From Eubacteriales bacterium (GTDB lineage Bacteria; Bacillota; Clostridia; Christensenellales; Aristaeellaceae), in contig JAVBOX010000047.1 in assembly GCA_031550095.1 (NCBI GenBank), positions 1 to 58,670 of the forward strand: a stretch of DNA of 58,670 nt. The letters run 5' to 3'. The position numbers were made by a program, and so were the translations under genes. Under the pieces are notes generated by a model. The model saw only the letters and a program-made list of their open reading frames with translations. It had not been told where the DNA came from and did no database searches. Of the stretch, positions 51,198 through 58,670 are shown one piece after another; the first letter of the stretch is position 1; the number at the start of each line of letters is the position of its first letter.

Positions 51198-51664
51198 TAG
51201 CGCCTGCATGGCCGAAAACGAACATCCAACCACCGCATCGCCATCTCTCCTCCCGGCGACATGCCGCTGGAAAGGCTGATCTGATAGCCCAGGTGAATAT
51301 GCCCCATATTTCCCCGTCGTTTCACATGGACCTCCGTGGTGAACACCCTCAGTTCAAACGCGCCAAGGGCTGTCTGATAGTCCCCGACGAAAGTCTCTCC
51401 TTTTCGGTAGACAATGGTGGAAACCACATCCCCTTCCCGCAGCACGGTGACCCCATCCGTCCTGCATTCCATGGTCGTGCTGGTGGAGGCGAGATCATCG
51501 GGGTGTATTTCGTCATAGGAAACAAGCCAGCCATCCGGCAGCTCCGCCAGCGTTCCCACAGTGGTCAGCACAATCTCCCCACCCGCGGCATCCGATCCGG
51601 ATACGGATATGAGCACCTCTTTTTCATTCGCGGCTTGAGGCTGGCCGGATTGGCTATTCTCCAT
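51197..51664 (-). CDS. DUF1934 (YwiB-like) beta-barrel protein
   Basis: 155 aa with ...GWLVSYDE......T.....DGVTVLREGDV.S.IVY.KGE... GGAGGA SD. Confidence 0.7.
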   Translation of the reverse strand: MENSQSGQPQAANEKEVLISVSGSDAAGGEIVLTTVGTLAELPDGWLVSYDEIHPDDLASTSTTMECRTDGVTVLREGDVVSTIVYRKGETFVGDYQTALGAFELRVFTTEVHVKRRGNMGHIHLGYQISLSSGMSPGGEMAMRWLDVRFRPCRR

Positions 51665-52526
51665 GGAAATCCTCCATCAGCCCGGGTAGGCCCCTCTCAA
51701 AGTCCACGCCAAACCGGGGATCCGTTCCCTGGATTCGGGTCCGCTCAATGCACCCATGGACAAACCGGACGGCCAAGGCAACCGCGTCTCCCAGCGCCTG
51801 TCCCCGGAGCAGTGCGCCAAGGAGCACACAGGCAAAGATATCGCCCGTTCCATGCCATGTGCCGGGGACAAGGGGCATCTCGTGGAAGGAGAAGGCGCTT
51901 GTATCGCTATCCCAGCCCGCGGCGCCCAAGGCGCCTTCCGATGCGGCAATGCCGGTGACCACCACCCGGCGGGGGCCAAGGTTTGTAAGCCGCCGGCATA
52001 GGGCCCGGGCCTCCGCCCCGGACATTCTGTCTCCCCGGTAGGGTTCCCCCAGCAAAAACCGGGCCTCCGTCAGGTTCGGGGTGATCAGATCCGCCATTCG
52101 GCATAGCTCAACCAAGCCCTGAACCCGATCCGACGTATAGGTGCTATACAGCCTGCCATGGTCGCCCATGACGGGATCCACCAGCCGAAGGACGCCACGG
52201 CCGTGAAACATATCAAAGATTTTCATGACCAGCGCGTTTTGCCGCGCGGAGCCCAGCCAGCCGCTGTAAAGGGCGTCGAAGGGCAGGGAAAGGGATTGCC
52301 AATGGCTGGCGATAGGCATCATCTCATCGGTCAAATCCCGATAGGTGAAACCGGCGATGCCCCCCGTGTGGGTGGAGAGAATGGCTGTCGGCAAGGCGGC
52401 CACCGCCACACCCATAGCCGAGAGGATGGGCAGCGCCACGGTGAGGGAGCATTTGCCCACGCCTGACAAGTCATGAATGGCCATTACCCGAGGAGGCGCT
52501 TGTGTCTCAGGGGAAGAAGGTCGCAT
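51654..52526 (-). CDS. pdxK: Pyridoxal/pyridoxamine kinase (ribokinase superfamily)
   Basis: VMAIHDLSGVGKCSLTVALPILSAMG and DPVMGDHG motifs. Start at ATG 52526 is favoured (GGAGG 10 nt upstream). ATG 52547 is an alternative. Confidence 0.82.
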   Translation of the reverse strand: MRPSSPETQAPPRVMAIHDLSGVGKCSLTVALPILSAMGVAVAALPTAILSTHTGGIAGFTYRDLTDEMMPIASHWQSLSLPFDALYSGWLGSARQNALVMKIFDMFHGRGVLRLVDPVMGDHGRLYSTYTSDRVQGLVELCRMADLITPNLTEARFLLGEPYRGDRMSGAEARALCRRLTNLGPRRVVVTGIAASEGALGAAGWDSDTSAFSFHEMPLVPGTWHGTGDIFACVLLGALLRGQALGDAVALAVRFVHGCIERTRIQGTDPRFGVDFERGLPGLMEDFHGE

Positions 52527-52548
52527 TTGAGTGGTTCCTCCAAACATG

Positions 52549-54183
52549 TTATAAGCCAGAGCATTCCGATAGCCTTTTCAAGGCCTCTTCGCCGGCTTTC
52601 ATGCCATCTACAGCCGCCGAAAGAATGCCCCCGGCGTACCCGGCGCCCTCTCCGGCAGGGAAAAGGCCTTTCAAGTTCGCCTGGCCGGATTCATCCCGGG
52701 GAATGCGCACGGGGCAGGAAGACCGGGTTTCCACCCCGGTCAGCAGCGCTTCCGGCCCGGCGAATCCATGGATTTGCCTGTCGAAGCGGGTCAGCGCGTC
52801 CATGAGCCCTTCCGCCACAAAGGGCGGCAGGCATTCCCGAAGATCCGCGGGCGTAACGCCGGGAAGATAGGAGGGCAGGGTGGGTTCCAGGGACTGGGAA
52901 ACCCGCCCGGCCAAAAAATCCACGGCCCGCTGCGCCGGGGCGCGATACCCGCCGCCCCCCAGGGCAAAAGCCCGTTCCTCCCAAAGCCGCTGAAAGGCAA
53001 AGCCTGCCAGGGGATCTTTCTCCCCAAAGTCTTCTGGGCGAACATCCACCAGAAGAGCGCTGTTGGCGTTGACCCCATCCCGGCGGAAGGAGGACATGCC
53101 GTTTGTGACCACGGACTCCGTCTCGGACGCAGCGGCCACCACAACTCCGCCTGGGCACATGCAAAAGGAATAGGCGCCCCGGCCGCTGGGCAAGTGGACG
53201 GACAGCTTATAATCCGCCGCTCCAAGGGCTTTGTGCCCGGCAAAAGCGCCATACTGAGCCTGATCCACCCATCGCTGGGGATGCTCAATCCGGACGCCCA
53301 TGGAAAAGGGCTTTGGCACCATGGCCGTCCCGGCGGCCCTCAGCGCTTTCATCGTGTCCCGGGCGCTATGGCCGATGGCCAAAATACAGCAATCGGTCCG
53401 AAGAAATTCCTCTCCAATCCAAACGCCCCGCACAGCGCCGCCTTCCACAAGAAAGCCCGTGACCTTCGAGGAAAAGCGCACCATCCCCCCCAGGGCTTCG
53501 ATTTCCATGCGCATGCCCTTCGCGACGCCGCTCAATCGGTCGGTTCCGATGTGGGGCTTGGCTTGCCAGAGAATCTCCTCTGGCGCTCCATGGGCGGCAA
53601 ATGTCTTCAACACCCAGCCGCAGCGAGGATCCTTGATGCCGGTATTGAGCTTGCCATCGGAAAACGTGCCCGCGCCGCCTTCGCCAAACTGGACATTGCT
53701 CTCCTCATTCAGGCGGCCAAAGCGCCAGAAGGCCTCCACGCTCTTCCGGCGGGCATCCACATCCTGACCCCGTTCCAGCACGATGGGCTCCGCCCCGGCC
53801 ATGGCCAACACCAGCGCGGCAAACAGCCCCGCCGGGCCCGTTCCCACCACCACGGGGCAGTTTGTGGGGCGCCGGGCCAGCCCGTCCACGACAAAGGGGG
53901 CGGGCGTCCTGGCAATGTCCCTATGGGGATACGCGCATTCCGAAAGCACTTTTCTTTCATCCCCGGTGACTTCCACATCCAGGGTGAACACAAGCCGGAC
54001 GTTATCCTTTCGGCGGGCATCCACAGAGCGGCGCACCACCCGGCATGCTTTCAGGGCCTTTTGCGGAATCCCCAGGAGGGACGCTGCAATCCCAGGCAGC
54101 GCTTCGGGCAGCGTATCCAACGAGACGGAGACGGACGAAAGGCGGATGATAGGGGACACCTCCTTGGGGATTTCGTCAGGCAA
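52549..54183 (-). CDS. FAD-dependent protein (COG2509-type uncharacterised dehydrogenase)
   Basis: VVVGTGPAGLFAAL dinucleotide-binding motif and C-terminal GEGAGYAGGI. The start codon is uncertain (see findings). Confidence 0.85.
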   Translation of the reverse strand: MPDEIPKEVSPIIRLSSVSVSLDTLPEALPGIAASLLGIPQKALKACRVVRRSVDARRKDNVRLVFTLDVEVTGDERKVLSECAYPHRDIARTPAPFVVDGLARRPTNCPVVVGTGPAGLFAALVLAMAGAEPIVLERGQDVDARRKSVEAFWRFGRLNEESNVQFGEGGAGTFSDGKLNTGIKDPRCGWVLKTFAAHGAPEEILWQAKPHIGTDRLSGVAKGMRMEIEALGGMVRFSSKVTGFLVEGGAVRGVWIGEEFLRTDCCILAIGHSARDTMKALRAAGTAMVPKPFSMGVRIEHPQRWVDQAQYGAFAGHKALGAADYKLSVHLPSGRGAYSFCMCPGGVVVAAASETESVVTNGMSSFRRDGVNANSALLVDVRPEDFGEKDPLAGFAFQRLWEERAFALGGGGYRAPAQRAVDFLAGRVSQSLEPTLPSYLPGVTPADLRECLPPFVAEGLMDALTRFDRQIHGFAGPEALLTGVETRSSCPVRIPRDESGQANLKGLFPAGEGAGYAGGILSAAVDGMKAGEEALKRLSECSGL

Positions 54184-54224
54184 ACAGCCTGTGCGCTTTG
54201 GTTATAAAAGGCCCATGCCTTTGC

Positions 54225-55445
54225 TTAGGATTGTTTTCCACGGGCCGCGCTATCCCCTGCCGTCATGCCGGATACCCATGCCCACATGAGGTTATACCCG
54301 CCGCAATCCCCATCCACGTCCAAAGCTTCTCCACAGGCATACAGGCCCGGCATTCGCCTGGATTCCAGGGTTTCGGGGTCAAATTCCATAAGTGGGACGC
54401 CCCCCGCCGCACACTGGGCCTGGGAAAAGGGCAGCGTGCCCAACACGGGAATCCGCCAATCCGTCAGGAGTGGGGCGAGGCGGAAGGCCGCTTCCTGGGA
54501 AACGGAGTCCTGCGCTCCCAAGCCCACCTCACGGAGCAGGCATAGGCCAATGCGCCTATGCAGTAGGCCAACGAAAAAATCCTCCATGACCATTCCGGCA
54601 AAAAGGGAGGGCCGCAGGGCCACCTGCTCCCGAGCGGTCTGGGCATCCATCAGGCAGATGGATAGGAACGCCTTCCGCTTAGCCTCGATTGCTATTCCCA
54701 CATCCCGCGCCAGCTGCATCGCCGCCACGCCAGAGACGCCATACTCTGTAAACAGCAGCTCGCCCGCTTCACTTCGAACCGGTTTTGAATCCACCCAAAG
54801 CCCTACGTTTCCCTGGACGCGAACGCCCTTCAGCCCTCGAATGCTCTCCGTGGGCAACTTCAGCGGCACAAGGGCAGGCCGAAGCGGCGTCACCGTATGC
54901 CCAAAGGCCTTTAGCAGGCTATAGGCACCATCCCCTCCCCCCAGGGAAGGCGCCGCCTTGCTCCCCGCCGCCACGATAAGGCGCCGGGCAAGCCGGGTTC
55001 CACCGCCCACAAGGCCAATCCGGAATCCCTCCCGCACTGGCTCCACCCGAACCACCTCGGCACCGCACAGGCTCTCGACCCCGTAACGGTGGCAGCCCGC
55101 GCGAAGCACATCCACCACAGCGCCCGCCTGGCCGCTAAAGGGGTAGACCCGGCCATCCTCTTCCTCACGGCAGCAAAGCCCCAACTCCCGGAACAGAGAA
55201 AGCAACGCGCCGGGAGGTATTTGCCGAAGCAGTCGCCGGGCACACTCCGCGCCACTCCCGTGATAATGCCCGCTAAAATCCCCGGAGTTCAGCAGATTGC
55301 ATCGGCCGTTCCCCGTGGCCATCAGCTTTCTTCCCACCCGTTCTTCCTTATCCAGCAACAAAACCGAGTGCGGGCGCACCTGGGACGCCGCGATCGCGGC
55401 CATCATCCCAGATGCACCCGCTCCAACAACGGCGAGTGGAACCAT
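54225..55445 (-). CDS. HI0933/BaiN-like FAD-dependent oxidoreductase (aminoacetone-oxidase family)
   Basis: LAVVGAGASGMMAAI ... GRKLMATGNGRCNLLN ... C-terminal GEALDVDGDCGGYNLMWAW. Start set at ATG 55445, just before the GxGxxG motif. Confidence 0.85.
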   Translation of the reverse strand: MVPLAVVGAGASGMMAAIAASQVRPHSVLLLDKEERVGRKLMATGNGRCNLLNSGDFSGHYHGSGAECARRLLRQIPPGALLSLFRELGLCCREEEDGRVYPFSGQAGAVVDVLRAGCHRYGVESLCGAEVVRVEPVREGFRIGLVGGGTRLARRLIVAAGSKAAPSLGGGDGAYSLLKAFGHTVTPLRPALVPLKLPTESIRGLKGVRVQGNVGLWVDSKPVRSEAGELLFTEYGVSGVAAMQLARDVGIAIEAKRKAFLSICLMDAQTAREQVALRPSLFAGMVMEDFFVGLLHRRIGLCLLREVGLGAQDSVSQEAAFRLAPLLTDWRIPVLGTLPFSQAQCAAGGVPLMEFDPETLESRRMPGLYACGEALDVDGDCGGYNLMWAWVSGMTAGDSAARGKQS

Positions 55446-57471
55446 CAAATCCGGCAGGGGGAGTTGGGGAAGCCTCGGGCTGGGGGGCTGGGGTTGCCCC
55501 AGCATCAGGAGCAGGCGTCTCGGTGGGGGCTTCGGTTGACACCGGCGCGTGGAGATGGGCGTCCTCCGCTGGTGTTTCCGGCATTTCTGCCAGGGCTTCA
55601 TTCATCATCTTCACGAACTCAGGATCCTTCAAGGCCTCTTCCCAACTGGCCATTATCGCGTTATTCTTCTCCAGGTTAGCCAGCATTGCGTCCATTTCTT
55701 CCTGGGTATAGGCAATCAGCCCTATGATGCTTTCCGCATAGCTTTCTTTCCCCGCCAATTCCTGGGGTGCCTTCATATACAGGCTATACCCCTCCGTGAG
55801 CCGCAGGGCGACCGGCCCTTCAATGGACATGGAGACATATCCTATATCCTCCCGGTTTACGCTTTCAGGCAATGGATTTGTCAGGCCGAACTTGTTCATC
55901 AAGGCGACGGCGCGGGGGCTATAAATGTCATAACTGCCCGCGAGAAGGTTCTGATCCTGGCCGCGGATCGGCGCGGCCAGCGTATCCGGCTTGTAACGGT
56001 CGTTGGGATTATCCCCAATGAAGAGCATCTCCGGGTGCGCCTCGATATACGGGGTGATGTAATCCAGTGTCTCCACAGTATAGTGGTTGGCATTGGCCGG
56101 ATTCGCCCGTGTAAAGTACATGAGGCCCCCCATGCCCGCGACAAAACAAACCAAAACCAGCGCGGACAAGGCGACGCGGAGCCAAGGGGCGGTGATGGTT
56201 TTCTTAAGCCAGGCCTTGGCGTCCTCCCCGTCAAAGTGATACAGCATCACCGTAATGGCCAGCAGGTAGAAAGGCGCGATATCCGCAAAGGAGTCGTAGT
56301 AGCACAGAAGCGCCGCGATATGGCCGCCAAAGGCAATCACCGCCGCCAGGAGCGCAATGAGCCCTTTCCTGCGGCTCGTCATCACCAAGGCCAGCGCACT
56401 AACAGCAAAAAGGCCGATGAGCATGAGGAACTGGGGCTTTTTGACCGTTCCCCAAAGCTCCCGGGTGAGCCTGGGCAGATCAAAGGAGATGTGATCCGCC
56501 TTCTCGTCCAAGGCGCGAAGGGTTAAAGGATCGGTGAGCTTCATATCCGAGCCATAACGAGAGAAAAACAGGGAGGTGTCGTTCAAGGACCAGCCCACGG
56601 AGTCAAAGGAAGTGGGCGGTATGACAGGCTTGGTCTCCACCGCTTCTTCGCCTTCCTCAAGGCTATGGATATCCGCCTCGCCTTCCGCCACATACGCCCG
56701 CCCATATTCGCTTAGGAGCGCGTCGCTTTCTTCTTTCAAACTGCTGTGCTGCACGCGCTCATAGAGGGCATAATCCTTCCGGTACGCGGACATCTCGGCA
56801 GAGCCATACATCAGCGAGGCATAGCCAAAAAGCGCCCCAACGATGACCGCAAGCACTGGCAGACCCAGCAAGAGCCCTTTCATCCGCGCGTCCCGGAGGC
56901 TGCAGGGAAGCCAGCACAGAAGGACACCAATGGCCACGATGACGCTCCACCGAAGGGAGAGCATGGCCGCGAAGGTGAACAGCACCAGCCCCGCGACAAT
57001 ACGCCAGACCCGTTCCTTGCGCTTTTGAAACCCATCCAGCGACGCCGCAACCCCCACGCCCGCGCACAGGGCGCAGACCACGGGGCTTTGCAGGGAATTG
57101 GTCAACAATAACAGGATGGGGCTGACCACGATGATGGCGGGAAGCAACCCGCCAGGCTTGTGCGCGGGAAGGGAGATGGCCATAGCCGCTGCCAAAAAGA
57201 TCAATACCAGAAGCATGACGCCATACCAGTTTACGGCGGGGATCACGCTAAAGAGCAGCGTGAGCAGTTGGGCCAGCAGCGGATTCATTTCCTGCACCCG
57301 CCAATCAGGCGTGCCATATGTGCCGGCAAGGATTCGGTTCACGTATACATCCTCAATTCGGATCAACGCGCTGCCCGATAGGATCACCGTGGCGATCATC
57401 AACGCCAAAGCGATGATCAGCGGAATGCAAACGCGGCGCAGTACAGACGTAAACGAACGTGACTCATTCAT
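55348..57471 (-). CDS. Large polytopic membrane protein of unknown function with Pro/Thr/Ala/Glu-rich C-terminal tail
   Basis: 707 aa. About 9 or more hydrophobic segments in two blocks, separated and followed by soluble regions. Tail is ETPAEDAHLHAPVSTEAPTETPAPDAGATPAPQPEASPTPP. Confidence 0.75.
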   Translation of the reverse strand: MNESRSFTSVLRRVCIPLIIALALMIATVILSGSALIRIEDVYVNRILAGTYGTPDWRVQEMNPLLAQLLTLLFSVIPAVNWYGVMLLVLIFLAAAMAISLPAHKPGGLLPAIIVVSPILLLLTNSLQSPVVCALCAGVGVAASLDGFQKRKERVWRIVAGLVLFTFAAMLSLRWSVIVAIGVLLCWLPCSLRDARMKGLLLGLPVLAVIVGALFGYASLMYGSAEMSAYRKDYALYERVQHSSLKEESDALLSEYGRAYVAEGEADIHSLEEGEEAVETKPVIPPTSFDSVGWSLNDTSLFFSRYGSDMKLTDPLTLRALDEKADHISFDLPRLTRELWGTVKKPQFLMLIGLFAVSALALVMTSRRKGLIALLAAVIAFGGHIAALLCYYDSFADIAPFYLLAITVMLYHFDGEDAKAWLKKTITAPWLRVALSALVLVCFVAGMGGLMYFTRANPANANHYTVETLDYITPYIEAHPEMLFIGDNPNDRYKPDTLAAPIRGQDQNLLAGSYDIYSPRAVALMNKFGLTNPLPESVNREDIGYVSMSIEGPVALRLTEGYSLYMKAPQELAGKESYAESIIGLIAYTQEEMDAMLANLEKNNAIMASWEEALKDPEFVKMMNEALAEMPETPAEDAHLHAPVSTEAPTETPAPDAGATPAPQPEASPTPPAGFDGSTRRCWSGCIWDDGRDRGVPGAPALGFVAG

Positions 57472-57489
57472 GATATGCTCTCCTTAAAA

Positions 57490-58320
57490 TTACCGTTTCA
57501 ATTTATGATAGGCCGGCAACCCGTGGGCCGCACGAACAGCGCACTCCACGGCTTCTTTCAGCTCCATCGCCACAAGGCTTCCTGCTCCATCCAGGCCAAT
57601 CCAGATAAAAAACTCCAGCGTTCCGTTATTGCCCGTCACCGGGCTGTTCGTTATGCCCTTTACGGCGCATCCTTCCTGTATGAATCCCCATGCCAACGCT
57701 CCAAGCAAGGGTTCATAGGCTTCGGGAGCGATTTGACCCGTTCGGCGAGCCACTGCGTCGTCAATCTCGAAGAGGGGCTTGACCAAGCAAAGAAGATCCC
57801 CTTGCTTCCTTAAAATAGCCGCGAAAATTGGGACAGCCTTTCGAAGGGTTAGATAGGACAGGTCCACCGTGCCCAGCGTGGGCAATGGCTCCAGTGAAAG
57901 AAGGGCGGCGTCGCTGATGTTGGTCTTTTCAAGGTTTACGACGGCTGGGTTGTTGCGCAGGCTTCCGGCGAGCTGCCCATATCCCACATCCACCGCATAC
58001 ACCTTGGCCGCGCCGTGGCGGAGAAGACAGTCCGTAAACCCGCCTGTGGAGGCACCGGCGTCAATGCAGACCCGATCCACCACCGGTATCCCAAAATCCG
58101 CGATGGCACCTTCCAGTTTTGCGCCGCCCTTGGACACATACTTTTGATCGATTCCCCGAATCATCAGAGGGATCTGGTCGTCGACCTTCTGCCCAGCGCT
58201 ATAAACCGGCTGACCTCCTGCTCGCACATCGCCGGAAAGGATCCACCGCTCCGCGTCCTTCCGCGAGGCAACCCATCCCTCCTGAACAAGGCGCTCCCAT
58301 ACCGGCGTTTTTCGCGCCAT
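57490..58320 (-). CDS. tlyA: TlyA-family rRNA 2-prime-O-methyltransferase (S4 + FtsJ domains)
   Basis: YVSKGGAKLEGAI ... CIDAGASTGGFTDCLL ... VYAVDVGYGQL. Start set at ATG 58320 (GGGAGGA 6 nt upstream) rather than 58326. Confidence 0.88.
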   Translation of the reverse strand: MARKTPVWERLVQEGWVASRKDAERWILSGDVRAGGQPVYSAGQKVDDQIPLMIRGIDQKYVSKGGAKLEGAIADFGIPVVDRVCIDAGASTGGFTDCLLRHGAAKVYAVDVGYGQLAGSLRNNPAVVNLEKTNISDAALLSLEPLPTLGTVDLSYLTLRKAVPIFAAILRKQGDLLCLVKPLFEIDDAVARRTGQIAPEAYEPLLGALAWGFIQEGCAVKGITNSPVTGNNGTLEFFIWIGLDGAGSLVAMELKEAVECAVRAAHGLPAYHKLKR

Positions 58321-58467
58321 TACCATTCCTCCCGTGCTATTTCTCGCATATTATAGCATCATAACCCTTTAAAAGCAAAGCGGAAATATGTCGCAATGGT
58401 TCTGACAAGAAAATAAAAAGAGGCGGGAAAAGCAAGAAAAAAAGAGGCGGTTTTTGAAAATAAGGGG

Positions 58468-58670
58468 TTGACAGAAACACAGGTTGGTGATACTCTAATT
58501 GGGCGCCTCATCGGATATGCTCTGTTGAAGCGCGACGATCCTTGAAAACGATACAGGAAAAGAAGAAGAGAGACAGTCAATTGTTTTGAGAGAGAGCGCG
58601 AGCCTTGAGCGAGACAGCGGGACCCGAGAGGGGAGAGCTGAGGAGTGAGAGGGGAGCGAATAAGGATTAA
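58468..58670 (+). promoter_or_regulatory. Probable rRNA operon promoter and leader (16S lies beyond the window edge)
   Basis: A/T-rich upstream element. TTGACA (58468..58473), a 17-nt spacer, TACTCT. A boxA-like GATCCTTGAAAACGATACA (58537..) resembles Firmicutes rrn leaders (TTCTTTGAAAACTAAACA). No CDS follows. Confidence 0.5.

Noticed and set aside
50592-51200. A + strand 202-aa ORF was considered as an alternative to the - strand hypothetical gene.
   Set aside because: Its composition is Pro/Gly/Arg/Gln-rich and it starts inside repeat B3. The - strand frame has the TAATG coupling to the DUF1934 gene and a more protein-like sequence.

Overview
GC-rich window that looks like a spore-forming Clostridia chromosome (spoIID, a BclA-like collagen protein, Firmicutes-type parS and rRNA leader). 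Most of it is core housekeeping. On the + strand: ylxM-ffh-rpsP-KH-rimM-trmD. On the - strand: the gcvT-H-PA-PB glycine cleavage operon, addA, rpoB-rpoC, and L7Ae-rpsL-rpsG-fusA. nrdDG sits behind NrdR boxes, and a probable rRNA operon promoter and leader lie at the right edge. I found no CRISPR array, prophage, intact IS, tRNA or rRNA gene, or recognisable defence system. The best candidate for undescribed biology is a 10-gene + strand unit (33.4-43.6 kb). It encodes the methylaspartate route of glutamate fermentation (two-subunit Fe-S hydro-lyase/mesaconase, glmS-glmL-glmE, mal). It then continues without a visible terminator into an AtuA-like (DUF1446) + DUF4387 pair, a secreted alpha/beta hydrolase and an orphan P-loop protein, and no citramalate lyase is present in the window. 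The second point of interest is two related families of about 160-bp long-hairpin intergenic repeats. They share an apex motif and bracket single accessory genes (an E2/CAT-like acyltransferase and a DUF975 membrane protein). Other notable items: twin perfect parS sites next to an IS630-family transposase remnant where rplS would be expected; a multiply disrupted pseudogene between rpoC and the str operon; a cysteine-rich collagen-like spore-surface gene; an unusually long structured rpsL-rpsG spacer; and a possible non-canonical start codon. All family and domain names come from reading the translations, not from a database search.
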